A DNA stretch of 40,646 nt from an uncultured Candidatus Saccharibacteria bacterium (GCA_964521185.1 CAZFRC010000001.1:73023-113668), one strand, 5' to 3'; counted from the first letter of the stretch, positions 28,979 through 37,980 are shown. The notes: a model not told the origin generated them from the letters alone. Program-made: numbers and translations.

Positions 28979-31789
28979 TCATTCTTCTCCAAAGATCTCG
29001 TGGTGTGGTAATTGCGGTTTCCGATATCGCTTATCAATTCCTTCTTCCACATCTTCGCGGCGACGTCCGTATTTAAGGTATGAAAATTGCTTAAGCAGCT
29101 CAATCTGCTCAGGATTTCCCTGCCTTGGAGCAAGGGTCTGGATATTAAACGGTTTCATCAGTTTTCCTTCGGCAAGCAGTTTTACATACGCGTTTCGATT
29201 ATCGAGATTCATGATGTCGGACGCGGAAAACGTGGGAGCGAATTGGGGTTCGACAAATTTTGCGTCTTCAGATGAAATACGAAATACTGCCATGGACCCC
29301 ACGTTTCCAAATACCGCGTCACGGATATTTTCTTGAAGTTGGGCGATGAATTGGTGGGCGACCGTGAGCCCCAGTTTATATTTGCGCGCCTCGGAAAGAA
29401 TTGAGGAAATCGAATCAGTGGTGATATTTTGGAATTCATCGATATACAGGTAAAACGGTGGCATTTCTTTACTGGTGCCAAACGCGTCGACGCGTGACAG
29501 TGCGGCCATAAGAATCTTGCCGACAATAATGAGTCCTATGAGATTTGCGTTGATATCGCCCAGACGCCCTTTGGAAAGGTTCACAAGAAGTATGTTCTTA
29601 TTATCCATGATGTCACGGAACCGGAAGGCTGACTTTTCTTGTGCAATGATGGGTCGCATATACTCGTTCGCGGTAAACACATCGAACTTGTTTGTAATGT
29701 ACGGCACTATATTAGCGAGAGACGCTTCTCCCTGCGCCTTGGTTGCAATTTCTTCCCAAAATTGTTTGACCACAGGATTTCTCGCTTTTGATAATTTTAA
29801 CGCACGATATCCAGAATCCGCCAACACTCTCGACACATCAAGAAGGGTGGTGCCGCTTTCCTGATCTTCAAGCACAAGCATCGTGGCGTTTCGAAAATAC
29901 TGCTCAAAGGCGGGACCCATTGATTCGGGAACCGCTCCGTAGAGTTTCCTGAATATAGAGAAAAGCTCGTTAACTACAAAAGTTTTTTGTTCCGGAAATT
30001 TCGGATCGAATTCGAGCATATTGAGTCCAAACACTCGATCAAGGTATGACGGATCAAAATAAATCACGTCCTCAAAGCGCGATTCAGGAATTGCGGCAAG
30101 CACGTCCTGCACGTCGCTTCCGTGAGGGTCAATAAAACATACCCCGTCTCCCCGTTCGATATCCTGCATGATCATGTTCTTGAGGAGCACTGTTTTTCCT
30201 ACTCCGGTTTGCCCAATAACGTAAAAGTGCCGCAATCGGTCCATCGGCGTTATGTACGCCTTGGTTTCCGTGCCACGATACATATTGACGCCGAGCAACG
30301 TGCCTTCATTTGGAAGTCCGATCGGTGCAGGACCGCCACCCGCTTTCGCCTGTTTAAATTCATGCGCGCCGCCAATGCCGGCAATTGGAAAATGCATGAG
30401 CGTCGATAATTCGCGAATTGATAACGGAATTTCTTCGTTTGGTGAAAAAGCACGGAAGGAGTAACTTCGAGAAAACTCAAGAATTTTATTGGCGGGAACA
30501 CGATTAAACAACATACGGTTCCCCGACGTGTTTTCAAATTGACTGAACGCCGATTCGATGTCTCGCAAAATATCGTCAGCGCGCTGTGTGTCACGCGCCG
30601 ACACGATAATACGGATGTTTGCGCCAAAAATTGGGGTTTCGACTTTTTTCCTGATTGACTCGACTTTCGCCTCATCGGTTCGATTATCAGTCTTAGTCTT
30701 TTCTTTTTGTTCAGGCGAAGTTGGCAGTAATACGTCGCGAACCGCCTCAGACATGCCTACCCAAACACTCCCCAACATTGAGGTCGATTCTTTGTATGCG
30801 TCATCCAATTTTTTCCCTTTTCCAATTTTTTCAAGCACCGTTTTATATTGAGACAAATATTGGTTGGCGTGCGGATTGATAACCACCTGAAGGGTCGCCC
30901 CCACGCCTTCTTTGTCGATTTTTGAAAAGGCATTAAGAAGGACAGTGAACGGATCGGTGTCAAAATCGAGATATGTCTTTATGGGAAATATCGGTTTCTC
31001 CTTAAGGGTGGCTTTTGCCGCAGCGGTAAATCCTTCGGGAATAAAAATATTGTAATCAGCGCGCTGCTCTTCAAGACGGGCGTGCGGGTAGAGCGAAAGA
31101 AGTTGTTTTTCAAACAAGCCCTTCCGGTGCGTGGGGATGGCTACGTAAAAAATGATTTCTTCGCCGACATCCGCCACAGATACCTCAAGAGCAAACACGT
31201 TTGATCTGGTATCTTTTGGGTCAACGGAAGAAAGGCCCGCGTAAAATTGCTCCATGACGGATACGAGCTCTTTGAGCGATTTTGCTTTAGTTTCTTCATC
31301 GCGTATTTCCGGCATCGCGACTTCGAAAAGTGTCATATGAAGATTGTTCCAAAGCGGCGTTTTTTCTTTAAGACCCTGCGTGGGGTAGCCGGCACGAATA
31401 TATTCGATCAAAAAACGGTGAAAATCATCAGTCACATGGGCATTCTGAAGCCGTTCGACAACTTGAAGCGCATTATAGATGCCCTTTTGCTGCATCACCC
31501 CAAGAAGTTCCGCCATGGTTTGGTCGTGTGCTTCGGGGGGAAGATCAAGCACGATTTGATCGAGTTCGTGCGTTTTAAGGGCATACTGTTCTGCAAGTAC
31601 TTCGTCGGAGCGTTTTTTTGTATAGAGATTGAGAACATTTTGAATAAGTCCGCCGCGTTCGGCATGGGATATTTCATTCTTGCCAGGATTCGTAAGTTCG
31701 AATTCTTTGAGAGCAACCTGTTCGCGCAGATATTTCACCTCCTCCTCGATGGAAGCGAACTTAGGCTCATGCTCCTTAAAGGTTTGCAT
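28979..31789 (-). CDS. VirD4/TraG/TraD-like (FtsK-HerA superfamily) ATPase
   Basis: RLRHFYVIGQTGVGKT (Walker A), FIDPHG, YLYIDEFQN (Walker B), LSEARKY, AHQF, AVFGNVG; about 500-aa N-terminal extension; no obvious TM. Confidence 0.9.
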   Translation of the reverse strand: MQTFKEHEPKFASIEEEVKYLREQVALKEFELTNPGKNEISHAERGGLIQNVLNLYTKKRSDEVLAEQYALKTHELDQIVLDLPPEAHDQTMAELLGVMQQKGIYNALQVVERLQNAHVTDDFHRFLIEYIRAGYPTQGLKEKTPLWNNLHMTLFEVAMPEIRDEETKAKSLKELVSVMEQFYAGLSSVDPKDTRSNVFALEVSVADVGEEIIFYVAIPTHRKGLFEKQLLSLYPHARLEEQRADYNIFIPEGFTAAAKATLKEKPIFPIKTYLDFDTDPFTVLLNAFSKIDKEGVGATLQVVINPHANQYLSQYKTVLEKIGKGKKLDDAYKESTSMLGSVWVGMSEAVRDVLLPTSPEQKEKTKTDNRTDEAKVESIRKKVETPIFGANIRIIVSARDTQRADDILRDIESAFSQFENTSGNRMLFNRVPANKILEFSRSYSFRAFSPNEEIPLSIRELSTLMHFPIAGIGGAHEFKQAKAGGGPAPIGLPNEGTLLGVNMYRGTETKAYITPMDRLRHFYVIGQTGVGKTVLLKNMIMQDIERGDGVCFIDPHGSDVQDVLAAIPESRFEDVIYFDPSYLDRVFGLNMLEFDPKFPEQKTFVVNELFSIFRKLYGAVPESMGPAFEQYFRNATMLVLEDQESGTTLLDVSRVLADSGYRALKLSKARNPVVKQFWEEIATKAQGEASLANIVPYITNKFDVFTANEYMRPIIAQEKSAFRFRDIMDNKNILLVNLSKGRLGDINANLIGLIIVGKILMAALSRVDAFGTSKEMPPFYLYIDEFQNITTDSISSILSEARKYKLGLTVAHQFIAQLQENIRDAVFGNVGSMAVFRISSEDAKFVEPQFAPTFSASDIMNLDNRNAYVKLLAEGKLMKPFNIQTLAPRQGNPEQIELLKQFSYLKYGRRREDVEEGIDKRYRKPQLPHHEIFGEE

Positions 31790-31894
31790 TATAACTTTTA
31801 GTATACATCGAAGGTTTGCGTATTTGGGGCGTTTGTTGTGTGTATAGTAACCCCAATCTACGTATGAAGTGCATCATGCTACACTTATATACGT

Positions 31895-33370
31895 ATGCAC
31901 GAGCAGGGTCCCAAAAATGAATCGAGCCGACGGAAATTCTTGGTTGGAATGATTGGCGTTGGCGCGGCAGGGGCGCTTGGAGTGGTCGCCGAACGTATGG
32001 ATAGCGAAAGACGTTTGTCCGAAGCTGTCGATATCCTTCGTAAAGGAAAAGGGGCTCTCACACTGGATGTGGAAGGCAGACAAATTACAGTACATCGCGA
32101 AGATCTGATTAATACAGTAAAAGAGATCATCGACAGCCGAATTAATGCAGGTTTCCCGAGCGTGTCTCCCGAAGATATTAGCCATATCACAGACTCGTTT
32201 GGCACGATGATTGAAGTTGAACACACTTCCAGCAACGGAACGAAGCAACAGCTTGGAAGAATGGCGGAATATGCCGGAATTGCCAAGACGTATGGAATTT
32301 CTCAATTACACCCAGACACCGCAAAAACGGTATTCCTCAAATACAGAAAAACATTAATACAAAAGGGATTCATTTCGGAGGATGTTGTCGCGCGCGTACA
32401 AAAAGAAACAGATCCCCAGAATCTTATAAACCTTCTTCAGATTACCGAAGATATGGGATTAGTGCTTGGCCTCTTGTATTTTTACGAGATGTACAATCTC
32501 TACGGACGAGACAGTAGTGGCAATCTGCATGCCAACCGAGAGCAGTATCCGTATGAATATGGTCTTGCGGTCGCGGCATATAGCAGTACGCCACGTGCAC
32601 CCGCGGTGGCACAACTTCAAAATGAATTAAATGAACGTATTATATTTGAAACTCTTTTTAAATCTCCACCGTCAGAAGATTCTAGAAAAAAACTCGAAAC
32701 AATAACACTTTTAGAGGTTGATGGAGATCTCGGAGGATTGACCCTTGCGCTTGCTAGAGAAAATAATATTAATACAGCGATCCTCGCAGGAGGAATAAAC
32801 GATCCTGAATTTCCTCAGAAACTGCGTGAATTTTCAAGAGAAGTGCTCAAATTAAGAGCGTATTCCGACGAGGCATTATCTCAAATACTTATCGAGCCAT
32901 TTGAAGAGGCATCCCCTTCTCAAAATCTCAAAAGGAGAATGGCGGCATCTGCTCTCTATCGTATAGCGGAAAATCGATATTCTGTGGCAATTCTCGTATA
33001 CAACCGACTCAAAAACGCCGCAAAAAATAATGAAGGGGCAAAAAATAATGCCCGTAGCGCCTTCATGAATTTTATAGAAGACAGAGATCCTTATTTATTA
33101 AAAACTCTCACTCGACCAAAAGAGTTCGATAACATGATGCGCGAAGAAGGAGGGACATGGAAAAAATATATGAGATCAGTAGGAAAAGCGTTCCTAGAAG
33201 AAAGAGCGCGCGGCGCGCATTACAGCGGCACTGTACCAACCGCCTATAAAGACCCTTGGTTACAAAAACCAAGGAATATTATGGGGCGTGTACTAAAGGG
33301 GATGCTCCTTGACGAAAAATCTTTAAAAGAGAATCCAGAGATTCCCAAGTTAATCAATGAGAAATATTAA
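31895..33370 (+). CDS. Membrane-anchored/exported protein with divergent lytic transglycosylase and PG-binding-like domains
   Basis: SRRKFL plus a hydrophobic segment; TMIEVEH, YGISQLHPDTA, LAVAAYSSTP; VAQLQNELN...LEVDGDLGGLT. Confidence 0.65.
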   Translation: MHEQGPKNESSRRKFLVGMIGVGAAGALGVVAERMDSERRLSEAVDILRKGKGALTLDVEGRQITVHREDLINTVKEIIDSRINAGFPSVSPEDISHITDSFGTMIEVEHTSSNGTKQQLGRMAEYAGIAKTYGISQLHPDTAKTVFLKYRKTLIQKGFISEDVVARVQKETDPQNLINLLQITEDMGLVLGLLYFYEMYNLYGRDSSGNLHANREQYPYEYGLAVAAYSSTPRAPAVAQLQNELNERIIFETLFKSPPSEDSRKKLETITLLEVDGDLGGLTLALARENNINTAILAGGINDPEFPQKLREFSREVLKLRAYSDEALSQILIEPFEEASPSQNLKRRMAASALYRIAENRYSVAILVYNRLKNAAKNNEGAKNNARSAFMNFIEDRDPYLLKTLTRPKEFDNMMREEGGTWKKYMRSVGKAFLEERARGAHYSGTVPTAYKDPWLQKPRNIMGRVLKGMLLDEKSLKENPEIPKLINEKY

Positions 33371-33423
33371 CCTCTTTCCGTCCTTGCCCTTGGGTTGATT
33401 ATGGATTCGTTTTTTGAGACTGT

Positions 33424-34437
33424 CTAACGCTTTGCGATAATGCTTTTTTTATAGATATCCAAATGTTTAAGCGCGATACCAGTTCCTTTCACCACGCAAA
33501 ATGGAGCGTCTTTTGCCAAAACCGCCTTTACTCCCGTTCGGCGAAGTACTAATTCCGGAAAATGCCGCAGCAGTGAGGAACCGCCCGTCATGATGATTCC
33601 GTAATCAATAATATCGGACGCGAGTTCGGGAGGGGTCTCCTGAAGCACGTCTTTAATGGCTTTGATCATTTCTCGAAGGTCGCGCGAAATCGCCCTCATA
33701 ATTTCATTCGTTTTCACTTCAGCTGTTCGAGGAAGTCCCGATAATAAATCGCGACCTTTCACCGTTATCGAGAGTTCTTCGTCAACGGGTACTGCGCTTC
33801 CCACTTTAATTTTAATATCTTCCGCAGTCTTATCACCAATCGCGAGATTGTAGGTTTTTTTTACATAATCGGCGATCGCGTGGTCAAGCCGGTTACCCGC
33901 ACACTTCACTGATGTAGACGCGACAATGCCGCCCAAAGAAATAACGGCGACATCAATAGTGCCTCCGCCCACATCGACAATCATGTGCCCGCGCGGCTCA
34001 TGGATGGGAATGCCGGCGCCTATTGCCGCTAGAATAGGTTCCTTCACCACATAAGCGTTCTTCGCTCCGGCTTTTATTGCAGCCTCTATAACCGCCCGTC
34101 TCTCAGTTGATGTCACTCCTGCGGGAACAGAAACAAGCACGTCGGGTCGAAATATATTCCATTTGGGAAGCGATTTCCGAATGTAATACCGAAGCATTGC
34201 TTCCGTAACTCGATAATCGGCAATCACTCCGTCTTTCATGGGCCGATACGCAATGATTGATTCCGGGGTGCGGCCGATCATTTCTTTGGCATCGTTCCCC
34301 ACCGCAAGGATTTTCTTATCGGTTTCAGATACTGCCACCACCGACGGCTCGTTGAGCACCACCCCTTTCCCCGGCAAAAACACAAGGGTCGTGGTGGTGC
34401 CCAAATCAATCCCGAGTTTTGGCGAGAAAAATGACAT
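33424..34437 (-). CDS. mreB: Second MreB/Mbl paralog
   Basis: LGIDLGT, NEPSVVA, KEPILAAIGAG, DVGGGT, MTGGSSLL. Confidence 0.95.
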   Translation of the reverse strand: MSFFSPKLGIDLGTTTTLVFLPGKGVVLNEPSVVAVSETDKKILAVGNDAKEMIGRTPESIIAYRPMKDGVIADYRVTEAMLRYYIRKSLPKWNIFRPDVLVSVPAGVTSTERRAVIEAAIKAGAKNAYVVKEPILAAIGAGIPIHEPRGHMIVDVGGGTIDVAVISLGGIVASTSVKCAGNRLDHAIADYVKKTYNLAIGDKTAEDIKIKVGSAVPVDEELSITVKGRDLLSGLPRTAEVKTNEIMRAISRDLREMIKAIKDVLQETPPELASDIIDYGIIMTGGSSLLRHFPELVLRRTGVKAVLAKDAPFCVVKGTGIALKHLDIYKKSIIAKR

Positions 34438-34599
34438 GGTGTACTATCCTACCCTGTTAATGCATTTTATGCGAGACCTTGGAAAATATAACGGGGTACT
34501 TGCGGTCTCAATTCACCATAAACAGAGGGCACGGGGACATCGCTGGTTTCCCCCATCTTGTTTTTTATGACGACCAGCAACCACCTAGACAGCTTGCCT

Positions 34600-34619
34600 C
34601 CTATAGCGGTCGCTATAGG
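34600..34619. terminator. Perfect hairpin downstream of the 583-aa gene
   Basis: CCTATAGC-GGTC-GCTATAGG, extendable with flanking AGCTT/AAGCT; no U-tract. Confidence 0.4.
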
Positions 34620-34627
34620 TAAGCTAT

Positions 34628-36379
34628 TTAGGCAGACGATGTGGGTGGAATAGATGGTTTAGGGGAATAACTGACATCATCATCAACGAGTTGGAGTGGT
34701 TTTCCAGAAAACCCTTTGAGATCAATGCGCGGCGCGATAACCACGGGATTCGATGAAGAAATATTTCCTTCCAACTGAAACACATCCCCAAGTGTCGTCG
34801 GTCGAGATTTCCCGCTCGGATCTTTGCCGCCTGAGACCATCATGGCATTAAATTCATTTCCTTCAGGAATGAAATCCTTGCTGTAACCAACCTGCCCATA
34901 TTCGGCGAGAGCAATCATGACAGGCGGTTTACCTAATTTCTTCCCTTCCGATAAGGCATACCATTCTTTATAGAAATTTTGTATAAAATTCGAGGAATAA
35001 CACGAGCCCAAAATTATAATGTCGGGAACGGTTGTGTTTGTTCTTTTTCGCACACGATGTTTACTGTGTTCGACAAACGCATGCGCCAATGTTGATGGAT
35101 CAATGCCAATGGGGTTGTCGATATCCTGCGAATCATCAAAAATGCGCACGGTACCGAGATTAAGAACACCGGTCGATTCGTCACCGTGCCCGTCATAATA
35201 AAACGTTATCGGATACGCAGACGACCTTACCCATTCCAAAGCATTTTGTATGGTTGCAACAGCGCCAAATTTTGAATCGGGTGGTACCTGTACTTCGAGG
35301 CGTTTCGGATGTTCTGCTTTAAGAGCCGAGACGAAAGAGTCCGTGCCAAAACGTTTCTTCCCGTCTTCCCACGTCTCTTTCGACGCAAGGAGAAGAACTT
35401 CGCGCCCCTTAAACAGGGGCATCGAATGCAACGCTTTTCTAGTCTCCTGTATTTCTTTCGCCGTCCGACTAATCATTTCTTTAGTAATCTGATTTGGATC
35501 AGTGACTCCTTCAAAATAGAGCGCTCGTGCAATCATAAGCCGTGCTTCTTCGGGCGAAATAGAGGTAGGGGGAATTCTATCGGGAACGGATATATCGGGT
35601 ATCCAGTCAGGAGGAATACCCGGAACGAGAACGAAGGCTGGATCGCTTAGAAGCCCTTCCGGTTGATCACCTACATCAGGTATGAGGGAACGTTTCAATA
35701 CTGCGAATGGGACTGTCTCCTCTGGATCTTTCAATAGTTCTTTTCTTCGCTCTATGGCTGCTTCAAAAAATGCTTGAGGGCGAGGTCTTATTTCTTCCAA
35801 TTTTTCAATTAAATTCTCTAAATTACGTAGACGCTTGGATTTGGGAATTAATTCTAAAGCCTCCAGCAACCAATCAATTGCCTTGGTATGGTTTGCGATC
35901 GAAGGAGTAAGGATAAAATAATTAACAAAATCCTGAGGATAAACTCGAAGAAGTTTTTCGACAACACTTGGGGTTACCTGCAAAAACCCAGATTGTATAT
36001 CCAAGTAATACCACTTTAGTAATACCTTCTCTAAAATTTCATGAGACACGTCTCCTGTAGCATTAGATGTAGTAAGAAAATCGATTACCACAGATTCTTT
36101 TTCTTGGGATTCTAAAGATCCCCATTTTTCTAAAAGAAAATATGCAGGGTCTTTTATGAACATATCGACGAGTTCTTTTCTTCGCATTTCCTTTTCTACA
36201 CTTTCAGACGACGTCGTATCTGACCAACCTATCGTAAGGTCCGGAGAGGACGCGAGCATCATTCCAGCAAGCCCGGCCGATACCAATGCGGCTGCATTAC
36301 GTGCTTTGGAAGATCGACCAGAACGACGTTTCTGATTAGGACTATATTGATTCGGTAACTGTTCGTTTCCACGGATCAT
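34628..36379 (-). CDS. Exported/anchored protein with C-terminal clan CD (caspase-like) peptidase domain
   Basis: Basic N-region plus hydrophobic segment; ITFYYDGHG (H398) and DIIILGSCYS (C460). Confidence 0.7.
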   Translation of the reverse strand: MIRGNEQLPNQYSPNQKRRSGRSSKARNAAALVSAGLAGMMLASSPDLTIGWSDTTSSESVEKEMRRKELVDMFIKDPAYFLLEKWGSLESQEKESVVIDFLTTSNATGDVSHEILEKVLLKWYYLDIQSGFLQVTPSVVEKLLRVYPQDFVNYFILTPSIANHTKAIDWLLEALELIPKSKRLRNLENLIEKLEEIRPRPQAFFEAAIERRKELLKDPEETVPFAVLKRSLIPDVGDQPEGLLSDPAFVLVPGIPPDWIPDISVPDRIPPTSISPEEARLMIARALYFEGVTDPNQITKEMISRTAKEIQETRKALHSMPLFKGREVLLLASKETWEDGKKRFGTDSFVSALKAEHPKRLEVQVPPDSKFGAVATIQNALEWVRSSAYPITFYYDGHGDESTGVLNLGTVRIFDDSQDIDNPIGIDPSTLAHAFVEHSKHRVRKRTNTTVPDIIILGSCYSSNFIQNFYKEWYALSEGKKLGKPPVMIALAEYGQVGYSKDFIPEGNEFNAMMVSGGKDPSGKSRPTTLGDVFQLEGNISSSNPVVIAPRIDLKGFSGKPLQLVDDDVSYSPKPSIPPTSSA

Positions 36380-36393
36380 ATGATTAAGAAACG

Positions 36394-37722
36394 TTATTTT
36401 GAAATTCGATCGATAGCAACGCCTATGTTTTGAAGACGATGTTCGATCGCGGCATATCCTCGATCAATATAATACGCGTTATGAATGATTGACTCCCCTT
36501 TCGCGATAATCGCGGCAATGACAAACGCCAATCCTGCTCGAATATCAGGGCTTTCTAGCTCTTTGCCTTTGAGCGCGCTGGGGCCCTTCACCGTTGCGCG
36601 ATGCGCGTCCCACACGCGAATGTCGGCACCCATTCGTACCAAATCTTGCATATAATTGAGACGATTTTCAAAAATAGTTTCGAACACTAATCCCTCTCCG
36701 TTTGATTGCGTTAAAAATACGGTGGTCGGCGCCTGTACATCAGTTGGGAAGCCCGGGTATTCATGCGTTTTAATATTAAACGAACGAAACGATGTATTTG
36801 GAATAGTGCCGTTTCCGGACACGCGTACAAAATCTTTTCCTATACCAATAGGCACACCCGCTTCTTTCAACATTGAAATGTGCATTTCGGCGTGATCAGG
36901 ACGGCAATTGGTGAGAGTGAGGTCGTTTGCGGCAAGAGCGCCAAGCACGAGAAAACTTCCTAATTCGATACGATCGGGAATTACGGTATAGGGTGACGTT
37001 GCATGAAGAAGAACACCTCCCTGTATGGTAATCGTGGGCGTTCCTGCGCCAATTATGTTTGCGCCGCACAATACCAAGAATTGGGCAAGGTCTTCAATCT
37101 CGGGTTCCATTGCCGCGTTTCGAAGCACCGTTGTTCCTTCGGCAAGGAGCGCCGTTAACATGAGTGTTTCAGTTGCCGTAACGGAAACGACAGGAAAAAA
37201 GATTTCCGTGCCCCGAAGGGCTCCGCCCTTCGGGGCACGGATCACAAACATTACATCCCCCTCCTCCCCCGTCGCTCCCATTTTTTCATATGCGGAAAGA
37301 AACATGTCAATCGGCCGAGGACCGATGGTGCACCCTCCCGGATGCGGAAACGATACTTCGCCAAAACGCGCAAGCAGGGGGCCGGTACAAATGACCGATG
37401 CGCGCAACCGTTTCGCGATGTCTTTATCGAGAACGCCGTCCGCGATTTTTCTGCTATCAAGAGTGAGCGCGTTCTTCTCCGTGGTCACGATGCCGCCAAG
37501 CTTTTCATAGAGTTCAACCATCCTAGACACATCTTCAATATCCGGGACATTCAAAAGGGGTAGAGGACCATCAAACACAAACGCAGCGGCAATTGCAGGA
37601 AGCACGGAATTTTTTCCGCCTGAAATGGCAATTTCTCCCTTAAGGGTTTTTTCACCGCCAAGCCCTTCCACTCGAAACGATTCCCGTTTGTCAGCTTTCT
37701 GTAAAGTTATTTCACTTCCCAT
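36394..37722 (-). CDS. murA: UDP-GlcNAc 1-carboxyvinyltransferase
   Basis: GGKNS, LRAS, PGGCTIGPRP (active Cys), SVTATE, PDRIE, GFPTD, FENR, DIRAG. Start set at MGSEIT (TACAAT 7 nt upstream). Confidence 0.95.
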   Translation of the reverse strand: MGSEITLQKADKRESFRVEGLGGEKTLKGEIAISGGKNSVLPAIAAAFVFDGPLPLLNVPDIEDVSRMVELYEKLGGIVTTEKNALTLDSRKIADGVLDKDIAKRLRASVICTGPLLARFGEVSFPHPGGCTIGPRPIDMFLSAYEKMGATGEEGDVMFVIRAPKGGALRGTEIFFPVVSVTATETLMLTALLAEGTTVLRNAAMEPEIEDLAQFLVLCGANIIGAGTPTITIQGGVLLHATSPYTVIPDRIELGSFLVLGALAANDLTLTNCRPDHAEMHISMLKEAGVPIGIGKDFVRVSGNGTIPNTSFRSFNIKTHEYPGFPTDVQAPTTVFLTQSNGEGLVFETIFENRLNYMQDLVRMGADIRVWDAHRATVKGPSALKGKELESPDIRAGLAFVIAAIIAKGESIIHNAYYIDRGYAAIEHRLQNIGVAIDRISK

Positions 37723-37779
37723 ATCGGCCATTGTACGGTATGTTCGATATGTCGACCACCAACTCCAAAGGAGGAGGAG

Positions 37780-37887
37780 ATGGTGTTCTGTACGGGGGCT
37801 TTGTTCCTGTCCCGTCCGCGTCCGGATGGGAAGACGGGCCCGCGCAAGTTCCTTCCGTACGTCTTCATGGGGAGCGGTAGCGAGTAA
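37780..37887 (+). CDS. Possible 35-aa small protein
   Basis: MVFCTGALFLSRPRPDGKTGPRKFLPYVFMGSGSE*, preceded by AAAGGAGGAGGAG and followed by a terminator. Confidence 0.35.
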   Translation: MVFCTGALFLSRPRPDGKTGPRKFLPYVFMGSGSE

Positions 37888-37943
37888 AACCCTACCACCC
37901 ACCACCCCACCAGAGCGCGCTTTGGCGCGCTCGGGCGCCCTCG

Positions 37944-37980
37944 GCCGCCCGGAACGATAGTCGCTCCGGGCGGCTTTTCA
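37944..37980 (+). terminator. Rho-independent terminator
   Basis: GCCGCCCGGA-11 nt-TCCGGGCGGC followed by TTTTCATTTT. Confidence 0.75.

Noticed and set aside
34470-37880. Shared VPVPS and QVP words in two tiny ORFs
   Set aside because: The matches are short, the DNA is not similar, and both ORFs are unverified; likely coincidence.
37723-37905. Long N-terminal extension of MurA
   Set aside because: Composition is implausible, it runs through the structured spacer, and TACAAT precedes Met at 37722.
37890-37912. G-rich minus-strand run (GGTGGGGTGGTGGGTGGTAGGG) as a G-quadruplex
   Set aside because: Only a two-tier quadruplex is possible and there is no functional evidence.
37740-37980. SRP RNA or RNase P RNA (CGGAAGGAA and ACAGAAC on the minus strand)
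   Set aside because: The flanking conserved elements (CAGG...GCAGC; GAGGAAAGUCC) are absent.
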